Shown here: piece by piece, positions 27,209 through 37,746 of the stretch | Layout: each line of letters starts with the position of its first letter | Position numbering within the stretch: the first letter of the stretch is position 1 | Translations under genes and position numbers: made by a program | The notes under the pieces: generated by a model | Database searches by the model: none | The model's input: the letters and a program-made list of their open reading frames with translations, nothing else | Told to the model about the DNA's origin: nothing | IMG/VR virus record: IMGVR_UViG_3300027769_000875 | Location: 32,001-96,000 of that record | Length of the DNA: 64,000 nt | Reading direction: 5' to 3' (one strand) | Source of the DNA: a virus

Positions 27209-29886
27209 TAATATTCTATTGTAGGGTATTGTAATAAATCTTGTTGGTCAAACTGTTCTTCCCAAATTGATGTTGCATTTTGGAAGTTAGTCCATGTTGC
27301 ATTAACCATTTCAGATATTTGTAAAAACTGAGATGGATCATTAGGATCAACCTGAAAGAATCTACTCGTACCTTCCTTTACACCTTTCTGTGGATTTAAC
27401 ATAGTAAAGTCAATGTTTACACCATACTGTCCATTATTGTTTCTTACACCAGCTGCAGTAAAGTCAAATCCAGTTGCTGTCATGCTTGCTGGAGCTTGAA
27501 CTCTTGCCATTGGGTTTCTTGCAAAGTTTTCCATAATACCATAAGAGTCAGCGACAATTGAGTTATTAGGAAGATAATTTTTAAAGCGTGTCAATGGACT
27601 ATTCTGTACGTATGAATATGGTAATTTTACACGTATTGTTTCTCCTGCTTGCAGCTTCATTGATTTTGCTTCACCACTGTCTGGATTAACTTTTAAATCA
27701 ACATAAACACTTTTACCGCCAGGATCAAAACTTGCTATAAAAGATTCTCCAAATAGTTTAACCTGACTAGCATATGGAAGATTTCCAATTGTTGATGGAT
27801 CAATTTTTTCACCATTTGATCTTGTGATAACAATATTTTTATCTGCTTTATTAAAAAACTGATAAAACTCTTCAGGTTGAGGTTTGGTCATGCTATATGT
27901 TGCTCCTACAGGGTTTGCACGATTATTAAACTCAGTACCAACAACTGTACTTAAATGCTTACGTTTTGCTTCTGACAAACCAGATAAGTCAAATATTGGA
28001 GTACCATCAGACATTCGCGATACAATTTTTGCACCTTCATAATCTGATTTTATCTTTCCTGATTTAAAGTCATATACCTTAGATGCAACTTCTCTATAAC
28101 TTTTATCAAGTTCCTTTTGCTCTTGCAATATGCCTTTCATTGATGTAATTGTACCCTCAAATGATTGAGCATATTTTCTACCTTCAGACGCTTTACCATT
28201 ATCTGAATACCACTGCAAAACTTCAGTTGCTTTATTATAAGTGTTTGATGCAAGGGTTTGTATTAACGCATCAGCACTTGATGCATTAGTTACACTAATA
28301 CCACGTCTATAACCTACAAGACTTCCATACTCTTTTAATAATTGTGTATCTTGTTCAGTGAGTTTTGCACCATTACCTTGAGCAATTCCTTGAACCTTTG
28401 ATAGTACTTGGTAATATTTAGAATGATCTCTATTTTTACCAATAACCATATTCATTAAACCATTCTGTGCACCAAACGCATTATTAAATAGTTCAGTTTT
28501 ATTTTTAGTATTTGCTGTTTTTAGAACATCAACACCTGTACTACCTGTACCAACATAATCACCAACATAAGTTTCATTAGGAAGTTTACCTTCTGCTTTG
28601 AGTTTCATCATTTCAATCTCATTGGTATTTTGCATTTTAAGCATTTCCATTTGTTGATTATCTTGATGTATTTTCCAATTTTGCGCAAGAGTAGCAGCAT
28701 GTCTTGCATTGGCTGCAGCTCTATCAAAATCAGCGATTACCTTTTGATCTGGTTTTACATCTACCTCAGCAGTAGCTTGAGCAGTACTTACACCCCAAAC
28801 TGTAGCTGCATTTTTCTTTGCTTGTCCAGAAAGTATTCCATATAAATTAGAAACAGTATAATTCTCAGGATCCTCTTCTATCTTTTTAATTTCACCTTCT
28901 GATTGAGTTTTAGATGAATTTAATTCATAACGTAATTGTAAAAGTTTTTCATACTTTTGGAGTACATCTGCTTTACCAGATGGAATACCTTGAGGATACA
29001 AATCTTTTATAGTTTGAATTTGTTGATCAACACTTGTCAGGTTAGTAGCAGTTTCTTCAACGTCAACTTGTTGAGATTTCATATAATCTCCTGATATAGT
29101 TTTTGCAACCTGTTGCGTGGCTTGTTCTCTTGACATTCCTTGACTTATCAAATCACGTATTTGATTTTCAGCTGTCACACGTCCAATAACTCCAAACTGT
29201 CTGTCAAAACGATTACCCATTGTCATTGCAGCCCAGTTACTAAAAGGAACTTCAGCATACTTACCATTGGTATATGTCATAATGTATCCTTTTCCATCTG
29301 GACTTGCAAACTTTACTTGAAGTTTTGCTTCCTTTGCTGCACCTGATAGATATTCATTGATGTCTTCAAATGGTGTAAAGTCACGTGGCTGTACAGATGT
29401 TATAGAACCATCACCACGTTTTGCTTTACGCAAATCATCCTCAGCAAACATTAAATCAAGTTTTGAATAGTCACTATATTGAGCACGTACTTTTGCATCA
29501 GTGCTGTTTTTATAACTGTCCATTAACGATTTTTGATTACCCTCATACTTAGTAAAGTACATATCATACGCAATCTCTTTATCATCAGTAATTGGATCTA
29601 GTAAAGATTGTGCACGCATAACATTTGATGGATCAGATAAATCTAATGCAGAAACATTACGAAGACTTCCTTGAATTTTTTCAAACATGTCTTGTCTAAA
29701 TTTCTGATTATCACCATTTGTCAATGGACTATTTAATACAGAATTATATAAACTCTTAACCTGATTAAATCCTTTATCAAAACGTGCTTGGGTTACACCA
29801 TAAACCTGAGATAAAAAGGACCAATCAGGAGACCATGGTTTTACCTCTGCTATTGGATTTGCATCACCTGGAACAAAATTTGCCAT
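27208..29886 (-). CDS. Virion cargo/ejection protein (892 aa)
   Basis: Cys-free, helical N-terminus (PWSPDWSFLSQV...QARFDKG); located between cargo genes. Confidence 0.7.
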   Translation of the reverse strand: MANFVPGDANPIAEVKPWSPDWSFLSQVYGVTQARFDKGFNQVKSLYNSVLNSPLTNGDNQKFRQDMFEKIQGSLRNVSALDLSDPSNVMRAQSLLDPITDDKEIAYDMYFTKYEGNQKSLMDSYKNSTDAKVRAQYSDYSKLDLMFAEDDLRKAKRGDGSITSVQPRDFTPFEDINEYLSGAAKEAKLQVKFASPDGKGYIMTYTNGKYAEVPFSNWAAMTMGNRFDRQFGVIGRVTAENQIRDLISQGMSREQATQQVAKTISGDYMKSQQVDVEETATNLTSVDQQIQTIKDLYPQGIPSGKADVLQKYEKLLQLRYELNSSKTQSEGEIKKIEEDPENYTVSNLYGILSGQAKKNAATVWGVSTAQATAEVDVKPDQKVIADFDRAAANARHAATLAQNWKIHQDNQQMEMLKMQNTNEIEMMKLKAEGKLPNETYVGDYVGTGSTGVDVLKTANTKNKTELFNNAFGAQNGLMNMVIGKNRDHSKYYQVLSKVQGIAQGNGAKLTEQDTQLLKEYGSLVGYRRGISVTNASSADALIQTLASNTYNKATEVLQWYSDNGKASEGRKYAQSFEGTITSMKGILQEQKELDKSYREVASKVYDFKSGKIKSDYEGAKIVSRMSDGTPIFDLSGLSEAKRKHLSTVVGTEFNNRANPVGATYSMTKPQPEEFYQFFNKADKNIVITRSNGEKIDPSTIGNLPYASQVKLFGESFIASFDPGGKSVYVDLKVNPDSGEAKSMKLQAGETIRVKLPYSYVQNSPLTRFKNYLPNNSIVADSYGIMENFARNPMARVQAPASMTATGFDFTAAGVRNNNGQYGVNIDFTMLNPQKGVKEGTSRFFQVDPNDPSQFLQISEMVNATWTNFQNATSIWEEQFDQQDLLQYPTIEY

Positions 29887-29895
29887 AATTTTTAA

Positions 29896-32800
29896 TTAGT
29901 ATATGTCATCAAAATAAACTCCTCCAAATTCCATAGAGCCTGGAGCTGTGTACATTGTTCCTCCAAATCTTTGTTGAATAAAGTTTTGACCGTACATCTG
30001 TTGTTGTGTTTTTGTTTGTGCATTTGCTCTATTCATGTTTTGAGAAATACAAGCCTTCTGCATATTAGATGCATATTCTTCTTTAGCATCTTGAGGCATT
30101 GTTGTATCATTCTTTACTTGAGCGTATGCATCAGCATATGCTTTTGAACAATCCGCTTGTGTTGTTGCAGCAGTACCTGGAGAAACACTTGTATCAACTG
30201 CAGCTAATGGATCTTTTCCAGCACCTGACCATGCAAATGTAGGAGAAAGACGTTGTGCATGCCATGCATTTGGATACATAACTCTTAAAGAATTGTCTTT
30301 TTGAACATTGCCCCAACCTGTACCAAAAAGCATTGCACCTTGTGCATCTTTCTTATTACGTTGTCCAGCAAGCTCTTCAACATATGTCGCATACTCATTG
30401 TCAAACTTACCACGTAACATTGTATTTTTGTAATCAACATCAGTATTAAGTTGCCCTATTGTTTGAAGATAAGGATTGACAATTTTAGTTGTGTTACCTT
30501 CTTCAACATCAGCAATGTCTCTTGACAATTGTTCAAACCCTTGGTTTGCACCTGCAGTAAATGCTGTTTGAGCATCCATAGTATTCATTGCCAAATCCTG
30601 ACTTTGTTTTACTAATCCTGTAGTACCAGCAATTCTGGTAATTGGATTAATTGTATCATACCCACTATAAGCAGCATTCATTTGTCTTAACACAGGTGGT
30701 GTGTTAGGAATTATTTGACGCTCATTGGTCATGTAATTTACAATATCTGGAGCAAACCATGTGTCTGGTTGCGGTGGCTGCTTGGTTGGTGGTGGTATTT
30801 TTGTTGGTGTACCACAATTCTTAGTAGCATCGTCAGCAGTTTCATACTGAGTAGCCTTGGTAACTGTTTTACCATTTATCTCACCACTTGGTGCAACAGG
30901 TTGTTCACCTTCTTTGTAAGTAACCGTTTTAGTTTCTTTTGTACCATCAGAATACTCAACACAATAAAATGTATTTTTTTCACCTGGTTTTGTTTCAGGT
31001 GGAGGTGGATTCAGATTATAACCAAGTCTTTCCTCTAATGTTGTGTTAGTACTGTACCTGTCAATTCCAGATACTTGACCTTGAATATCAAATACAGTTT
31101 CATCATTTACACCAGTTTGTTTATGACTAGCTAGTCCTTGAAAATCTGGATTATTTAAAAGAGCACGTCTATAAGAAATGTATGTACCTTGTCCTAATTC
31201 ATTTTTAGAAAAATCAATGTCACTAAGATTTACCTTACCATCTTTAGCTTGATTATCTACGATAATTTGTCTGGCTTCTTTGTTTACGTAATTACCTTGA
31301 TAATCAGAAAGTGTTGGATCTCCTTTTGCAGCAACATTCTGACCAGCTTTAAAGTTAGGATCTGACCATGGACCTGTTCCTGATGTTCTATCACCATAAC
31401 CAAACGCTGCCATTCTTGCATTATTCTCTTCAAATTGCATCATTGTATTAATGATTTTTTCAGGATCTGCTGCAAGTGCTTTTACGTCTGCGCCATATAA
31501 ATCTGAAAACTTTTTTCTTGTGTTTCTGTCTTTACCAGTGTACATTCGTAGCTCTGGATCTGCGACATCTGCTTTATACTGAGTTACAATAGCATCTCTA
31601 AATTTAGTATTTAATCGTATTTGATTATTTGCATTCTTAAAGTCAAGATATGCTTGTGTATTACCATTCCATCTTGATTCAATTTCCTTTTTCTCAGAAG
31701 CATTGAGATTGTCTGCTTTTATCCAGTCATAAGAACTACGAGTTATTTCTACTCCTGCAGGAATAGCTTCTTTAGTTGTTTCATTTCTTCTAACAATGAC
31801 ATTACCAGTGGCTTGATCTTCTAAAACTTGTACTACAGTATTATGATTTGGATCACCATCACTACCTTTATAAGTTATTGTATAAGCATTCATTGGTTTA
31901 CCACCATTTTTGTTTGGATCAGTTACCACTTTTACCTCACTCGTAACTGGTTCTCCTCCACCACTTGTTCCACCACCTGGATATTTAGGTAAAACAGAAC
32001 CACCTCTGTCATAACGCAGTTTACCATTTTCATTAATAAGACCGCCATATCTAAAAACTTTATCTCCAATGGTGACATTAGAACCAACTGCTGGCATTGT
32101 ACCACCAAGTCTCATTCCTCCAGATCCAAAAAGTTTATCAAAATCTTGATCTGTAAATCCACCTTCATATTTTGGTTTTGCCTGTGTTGGTTGCGGTTGT
32201 CTTCCTACTGGCGCTACTACATCTGTTTTTTTCTCTGTAGTATTCTCCTTTTTTATAGGCGTAACAGTTGTCTGTGGATTGATTTTATTTTCTTGCTCTA
32301 ATAATTGAATTGCATCCATTGGTGCTTTTGCTGCAGGAAGTGCAACTTTTTTACCTTCTTTTGTAGAGGCTGCTGTATTTAATGAATCAACCCACGCTTG
32401 ATTTGATACTTCTAATTGTGCACCATCTTGTGTTTCTTCAAACCAAACCATTTGACCATCCACATTTTTACCCATTGTAAATATTGAGTTTGGTGCAGCT
32501 TTAAGTTTATATGGTTGAGCATAACCTTTTGCATCCTTTGCACTATTAGAAGGATTTTGAACTTGATTTATTGTTCTAACGTTGTCAATTACTTCTGGTG
32601 CATTATAGTTTAGAAAACCTTGTCTTTCATTTGTGTGTGTCAATCCTTTATTAGCTATAGGTGCAATTGTTGCAACAGTAGTACCTTTTATTTTGTCATG
32701 ACCTTTTGTAATTTCATCATATATTTCAAAATAAGTTTTGAATCTAGGCCCATCAAACCATGAATCAGACCCTTCAACAACATCATCTCTATTAAGATTT

Positions 32801-34902
32801 ATTCCAAGGATTTCTGTTTCGTTAAATAAAAAGTCAGTAGGGTATCCATAGCGAGGCATAACTTCCTCATCCTGAATTACACTTCCTATACCTGGTCCAG
32901 GTAGCCAACTATCCTCTGCTTCAAACTTTGAAGAGTTGACTTTCTTTTTCCAGCTTTCATGACCTGGACTTTCTAAGTATTGTTTATATCGTTTATATTT
33001 AGCTGCAAGATCAGCATATTGCTTTTTAGTTTTTACATCTACTGCTTCTCTAGCTTTTTTATCATAGTCAGTTATAAGATCATCAGCTTTTTTAAGCATG
33101 TCATCTGTCTGATAATACTTTTGTATTTTGACTTTTTCCTTTTCGTTTAAGATTTTATAAGCTTGCTCATACAATATGCTGTACATGTCATCAACCTTAT
33201 CTTGATCTGTAAAAGGCAACCATCCTAAACTCCAATCAACATCAATATTTTTTATGTCATCAGCTGCAGCAATCATTTGCTGAGGATCATTTGATAAAAG
33301 TGCTTTGTAAAACGTATCTCCTGCTGTAAACTGACCTGAACCAGAATTCATATATTCTTTAAGGGCATCTTTAGACCCAAATCCTGGAATAGCATCACCA
33401 AATGTTTTTTCTTTTGTGACCATATCAGCATAACTCTCAAATCCTTCTGCTTTAGCTTTCTCTTCTCTTTTTTGTTTTTCCTTTTGCTCAATACTTAAAG
33501 TTCCATACTTTTTATCTATACTGTATACAAGATCTTCTTCTGCTTGACGTTCATCTGTAAACTTACCAGTTGCAGGATCTAATCCCAAAAAGTATTTATT
33601 AAGATCTTTTAATAAAGCCTCTTCTTCACTTGTAGCTGTACCTTCAAATACTTTTTTAGTAAGTGTACCTGCTTGACTTGCTTTTTCGTAGTAACCTTCT
33701 TTTTTACGTTTTTCTTCAATAAGTCTCGCTTGTTCAGCTTTTGACTTTTCATAATTAGTAGGACCCTTGTCAATTATTTTAAATGACTTATCAAATATCT
33801 CTTGAGCTTTTTTGTCAGCAGCAGATTGTTTTTTAACTGGAGCTGAAGTAGAACCTCGTGAAAAAACAAAGTCTTCATGATTTTTTTGAAAACTTTCATA
33901 AGGTATTCTGTAAACCTCTTTTGTATTTTTCCACATAGGAGTTACACATTCTCCAATATGACTGTTATAAACAAATCCAGGTTTACAACTAAGATTCATA
34001 CTTTGCGTCCCTGGTTGAAATTTAAAAACTGAGTTTGTATAAACAGCAAATGGATCTGGATTAAAGTCTACTACACCTGCACCTTCATAAGAAGGAAGCA
34101 TAGTCCCTCCAAATTTACCTTGCATTTGATTTGCAATATCTTCAGGTGCAACTGCAGGTCCTTCAGGCATCATACCAGCCATAGCATCTTCATCTTCAGA
34201 CATTGGAATACCTTGCTCTCCCATTGGAGGCATAGCACCTTGCTGCATACCCATACCTTGTTGAGGTTGTTGTGGAGCAAATTGTTGTGCCATTTGATTA
34301 GGATCAATTCCCATTGTGGAAAGAACCTCTTCAGCAATAGCAGGAATTCCATCAGGAAATCCTTTCATTGACTCTTGAATAAAAGCAAGTAAACCAAGTT
34401 TCTGTTTGTTCTTTTTAAGCATTTCAGCTGCAGAACGTTTTGCTAATGGATCTGAAGTTTCATCTTTTAAAATCTCAATATAAACATTGATATCATATTT
34501 CCTAGAAATTTCAGCAGGTGTGTATCCTTGTTTTCTTGCAGGAAGATTGAATATTTTCTCAATTACTTCTGGATCTTTAATTGTAAGGCTTTTTGTATCT
34601 GAGTAAATAAATGAGCCTTCTGGTATGTTTACAGGAACGCCTCCTTCAGTGTGTCTTTTTCCTTGGAAGTGCATAAGCTCCATAGTGCCATCTTTATTGA
34701 CATCGCCAATAACAGATTCGCCACCTTCAACTTCTATATTTGCTTGATCCCTTGGAATAGCACCCATTTTATCATTTACTGCAACAGACTCAGGAGATAC
34801 TTGCATTCCTCGTAAGTTTCTTACAAGACCGTATCCTTCTTGTTGTCCTGTGCTTTTATATGTTCCACCTTCTGGAGATGTTTTTATGCGTACCTTAAAC
34901 AT
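29896..34902 (-). CDS. Virion cargo protein with GG motifs (1668 aa)
   Basis: N-terminal ANIEVEGGE...GKRHTEGGVP...FIYSD domain recalled from crAss-like cargo proteins; Q/M-rich tract; multiple KFGG/RYGG/RFGG motifs. Confidence 0.75.
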   Translation of the reverse strand: MFKVRIKTSPEGGTYKSTGQQEGYGLVRNLRGMQVSPESVAVNDKMGAIPRDQANIEVEGGESVIGDVNKDGTMELMHFQGKRHTEGGVPVNIPEGSFIYSDTKSLTIKDPEVIEKIFNLPARKQGYTPAEISRKYDINVYIEILKDETSDPLAKRSAAEMLKKNKQKLGLLAFIQESMKGFPDGIPAIAEEVLSTMGIDPNQMAQQFAPQQPQQGMGMQQGAMPPMGEQGIPMSEDEDAMAGMMPEGPAVAPEDIANQMQGKFGGTMLPSYEGAGVVDFNPDPFAVYTNSVFKFQPGTQSMNLSCKPGFVYNSHIGECVTPMWKNTKEVYRIPYESFQKNHEDFVFSRGSTSAPVKKQSAADKKAQEIFDKSFKIIDKGPTNYEKSKAEQARLIEEKRKKEGYYEKASQAGTLTKKVFEGTATSEEEALLKDLNKYFLGLDPATGKFTDERQAEEDLVYSIDKKYGTLSIEQKEKQKREEKAKAEGFESYADMVTKEKTFGDAIPGFGSKDALKEYMNSGSGQFTAGDTFYKALLSNDPQQMIAAADDIKNIDVDWSLGWLPFTDQDKVDDMYSILYEQAYKILNEKEKVKIQKYYQTDDMLKKADDLITDYDKKAREAVDVKTKKQYADLAAKYKRYKQYLESPGHESWKKKVNSSKFEAEDSWLPGPGIGSVIQDEEVMPRYGYPTDFLFNETEILGINLNRDDVVEGSDSWFDGPRFKTYFEIYDEITKGHDKIKGTTVATIAPIANKGLTHTNERQGFLNYNAPEVIDNVRTINQVQNPSNSAKDAKGYAQPYKLKAAPNSIFTMGKNVDGQMVWFEETQDGAQLEVSNQAWVDSLNTAASTKEGKKVALPAAKAPMDAIQLLEQENKINPQTTVTPIKKENTTEKKTDVVAPVGRQPQPTQAKPKYEGGFTDQDFDKLFGSGGMRLGGTMPAVGSNVTIGDKVFRYGGLINENGKLRYDRGGSVLPKYPGGGTSGGGEPVTSEVKVVTDPNKNGGKPMNAYTITYKGSDGDPNHNTVVQVLEDQATGNVIVRRNETTKEAIPAGVEITRSSYDWIKADNLNASEKKEIESRWNGNTQAYLDFKNANNQIRLNTKFRDAIVTQYKADVADPELRMYTGKDRNTRKKFSDLYGADVKALAADPEKIINTMMQFEENNARMAAFGYGDRTSGTGPWSDPNFKAGQNVAAKGDPTLSDYQGNYVNKEARQIIVDNQAKDGKVNLSDIDFSKNELGQGTYISYRRALLNNPDFQGLASHKQTGVNDETVFDIQGQVSGIDRYSTNTTLEERLGYNLNPPPPETKPGEKNTFYCVEYSDGTKETKTVTYKEGEQPVAPSGEINGKTVTKATQYETADDATKNCGTPTKIPPPTKQPPQPDTWFAPDIVNYMTNERQIIPNTPPVLRQMNAAYSGYDTINPITRIAGTTGLVKQSQDLAMNTMDAQTAFTAGANQGFEQLSRDIADVEEGNTTKIVNPYLQTIGQLNTDVDYKNTMLRGKFDNEYATYVEELAGQRNKKDAQGAMLFGTGWGNVQKDNSLRVMYPNAWHAQRLSPTFAWSGAGKDPLAAVDTSVSPGTAATTQADCSKAYADAYAQVKNDTTMPQDAKEEYASNMQKACISQNMNRANAQTKTQQQMYGQNFIQQRFGGTMYTAPGSMEFGGVYFDDIY

Positions 34903-34915
34903 ATTTTAAAATTTT

Positions 34916-34944
34916 AAAAAGGGATATGTCTTACCACATCCCTC
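34916..34944 (-). terminator. Intrinsic terminator-like hairpin
   Basis: GGGAUGUG-GUAAGA-CAUAUCCC followed by UUUUU on the minus strand. Confidence 0.55.
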
Positions 34945-34955
34945 ATTAGAAGTTA
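34942..34955 (-). promoter_or_regulatory. Candidate phage promoter motif TAACTTCTAATGAG
   Basis: Shared intergenic motif. Confidence 0.5.
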
Positions 34956-34990
34956 CAAAATTATTCTGATTTATCCTATCCTCCATAATA

Positions 34991-35022
34991 CAAATGTAGG
35001 AATTCTAATCTAAAAATTCAAC
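34991..35022 (-). promoter_or_regulatory. Bacteroidota primary-sigma-type promoter (-33 GTTG, 20-nt spacer, -7 TACATTTG)
   Basis: Matches the established TTTG-N19-21-TAnnTTTG consensus with one mismatch. Confidence 0.45.
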
Positions 35023-37746
35023 CTCGCCACCCATCTGTATAATGGCTTGTAGCTCTTGTGGAGAAATCATATATGTTCCACCTCTTCTATAATTTTTGGT
35101 TCCTCCAAATTTAGAAAGTGTAGTACCCCAGTCTTGAGTATGACCAAGGTCTGCAACATATTGATTGGCTCCTGGTCCAGCATTCAAGTTCCAAGTACCA
35201 AAACTTCCTTGAGTATTGATTGCATTATTGGCCATCATAGTATTACCAGCTTGTTTCTGACGTTTCTTTAAATCCTTTACTGCTCTTCTTTCTCCCCATT
35301 GAGCTGTAGCATCCTCCATCATAGTAAGACCTTGATATGTATTACTTGCTGCTTTAAATCCTAATGGATCTCCTTGTTGAGTAGTATACTCTTTTGTATC
35401 AGTCATGTTAGCATTTGGGTTTGCACTCAATGCATTATTAGTGTTGTCAGTAGTATTAATCATTCCATTAGTAGAAGGTGTGCCAGCAACTGATGGATTA
35501 TTGAAATTTGACACATAAGTATTGTAAGCATCCCAATCGTTTCTATTTAATGGGAATGGTCTACCAGTTTTACTTGCCCAGTCTTGTTGACTATATGGAG
35601 AAGTTTCTGTATCAACTGCACCACCTGGAGCATACATGGGCATTGTAATTCTCAATTTACGTCTATTATCTACAAATGGATTCCACTCACCACCATCCCT
35701 TTTATTCTCCTCATCATTAATTGGTCCTGATAAATTAGTCATTATTGATGGTTGTGCCACAGGTTGTGCAGTTACAGGTTGCGGAGACGCAGTACCACTA
35801 CCAGCATTTGGATTATAATTAGGAGCAGTTGGATCTGTTGATTGTAAGTCACCTGAAGCAGAACCTTCTGGTTGTTTGTTGACATTCAATTGACTATTCA
35901 TATAGTTAACTTTATCTTGACCTGTAACAGTAGTTGGTGGAGCTGCTTCTGGTGCAGTAGATGTAGTAGGTTGCACATATCCTTGATTTTGTGTAGGAGC
36001 AGATGCAGGTTGATTCTTATTTAATGCTCTTTTTTCATCACGCTTGCTATTGTAAAAGAATACATTTCCTTTATCATCATAAACACGAGATTCATCACCA
36101 GCCATTCCTTTAGCAATACCTAATCCTGCACCTCCAGCAACTGCAGCTGCACCCATTAAGAATTTAAGTCCAGGACCAAATCCACCAGTAATAGGGGCAA
36201 ATCTTGGATCTGCAAATGAATTACTTACTGCCATTGCTCTTGTTGCCCAGTTTGAATCAATATTTGCAATCTTATTTTTATCAGACATTACAATATATGG
36301 ACTATTTGTCAAGCGTGGATCTGTTGGCATTGCGCCAGATGGATTATTAGCTGCTCCAGTTTTCCATTGGTCGTATGATAACTGAGGTGTTGCACCAGTA
36401 TTACTAGCATTAGTTGCAGAGTATTGGTTTACATAATTTTGGTAAGCAGCAGGACTTGTTTTCATTTCAGTATACATTTGATCCTGAGCAGGATTCTGAG
36501 AAATAAATTCCTCATAAGATTGCATTGGTGCTCTATTCATGCTAGGATCAACTTTGCCACTGTTATAAAAGTCTACGACTTGTGTTTGATATTCTTGTTG
36601 TGCTTGATCTGAACCAAATATTTTTAAACAGTCACCATCAGGACCTTTGTAGTATCCAATTGGACATCCATCTTCAGTACCTCCAGCACCATATTGTTTC
36701 ATTCCACCATTGACAAATTTGTTAAGTCCACCATAACGTGCATATCCTTGAGTTGCAGTTGGTTGTGTAACAACTGGTTGTGGGTTAGTTGCATTTTGAA
36801 ATGATTGGAAAAAGTTATTTTGTGGATTTGTCATTTGATCATTGCGAATACCAGAATACAAATTACCAATAGCTTGTTGTGATGCTTCTTTTTGTGCAAC
36901 GCGATTAGCATCATAGGTTGATAACATGTTACCATAAAAATTAGCTTGTGCACTATTTCTGGCATCAGCAGCTTGTGCAGAAGCAACAACATTTTGATTG
37001 TACTGATCCATTCCTGCTTTTGCACCTTGCGGTCCAGTAAGCTCATTGCCACCAAATATTTTCATTCCACCAGCACCTTGTGATGCAGTATTTGCTGTAA
37101 CAGCAGTAGGCATACATGTTGCAGTCATTTCATTCCATTCATATCCATCAGGACAAGAATTACCACCAGCACCATATCTACGCAACTTTTTCATAGAGCC
37201 ACCATACTTTCCTTGCATTGCCATTTCTTGATCTGCCATTTGCTGTTGATCAGTACCTTGAGCCATTGCCATTTGAGATTGATCCATACCAGTTTGTGGT
37301 CCAGCTTGTTGCCCCATTCCCATTGGGTCTTGGTTATTAAACATTCCCATTTGCTGTTGCAATGCCATCTGCTGTTCTTGCTGCAACTGTTGCTCTCGTG
37401 CTTTTTCATTTACATAATCACCTTCTTGAGCACGTTTCATGTACTCTTGTTTGGCAACCATTATCAATTCTTCAGCTTGGTCACGTTTTACACCAGAATC
37501 AATTAATGTCTTTTTAAGTATACGTTCACTTGTGCCTTTATCTAATTGTTGTAGCAAAAAAGTCATAAGCTGTTTAGCACTTGCATCCAATGCACTAGGT
37601 GGACGCATTGGTTGTTTTTGCATTTGACCCATGTCTGCAACAGCTGCTTGATCTTGTTGCATTGTATCTCCACCATCAGCGTAACGCACTTTGCCACCAC
37701 ATTTGTAGCATTGACCTCCAGTCATATATTCTAACATGTTATTCAT
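35005..37746 (-). CDS. Low-complexity virion cargo protein with many GG motifs (913 aa)
   Basis: Q/M/N-rich; about 13 xxxGG motifs; two CPxGY..C hairpins; one Gly/Ala hydrophobic stretch (FLMGAAAVAGGAGLGIA). Confidence 0.75.
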   Translation of the reverse strand: MNNMLEYMTGGQCYKCGGKVRYADGGDTMQQDQAAVADMGQMQKQPMRPPSALDASAKQLMTFLLQQLDKGTSERILKKTLIDSGVKRDQAEELIMVAKQEYMKRAQEGDYVNEKAREQQLQQEQQMALQQQMGMFNNQDPMGMGQQAGPQTGMDQSQMAMAQGTDQQQMADQEMAMQGKYGGSMKKLRRYGAGGNSCPDGYEWNEMTATCMPTAVTANTASQGAGGMKIFGGNELTGPQGAKAGMDQYNQNVVASAQAADARNSAQANFYGNMLSTYDANRVAQKEASQQAIGNLYSGIRNDQMTNPQNNFFQSFQNATNPQPVVTQPTATQGYARYGGLNKFVNGGMKQYGAGGTEDGCPIGYYKGPDGDCLKIFGSDQAQQEYQTQVVDFYNSGKVDPSMNRAPMQSYEEFISQNPAQDQMYTEMKTSPAAYQNYVNQYSATNASNTGATPQLSYDQWKTGAANNPSGAMPTDPRLTNSPYIVMSDKNKIANIDSNWATRAMAVSNSFADPRFAPITGGFGPGLKFLMGAAAVAGGAGLGIAKGMAGDESRVYDDKGNVFFYNSKRDEKRALNKNQPASAPTQNQGYVQPTTSTAPEAAPPTTVTGQDKVNYMNSQLNVNKQPEGSASGDLQSTDPTAPNYNPNAGSGTASPQPVTAQPVAQPSIMTNLSGPINDEENKRDGGEWNPFVDNRRKLRITMPMYAPGGAVDTETSPYSQQDWASKTGRPFPLNRNDWDAYNTYVSNFNNPSVAGTPSTNGMINTTDNTNNALSANPNANMTDTKEYTTQQGDPLGFKAASNTYQGLTMMEDATAQWGERRAVKDLKKRQKQAGNTMMANNAINTQGSFGTWNLNAGPGANQYVADLGHTQDWGTTLSKFGGTKNYRRGGTYMISPQELQAIIQMGGEVEFLD

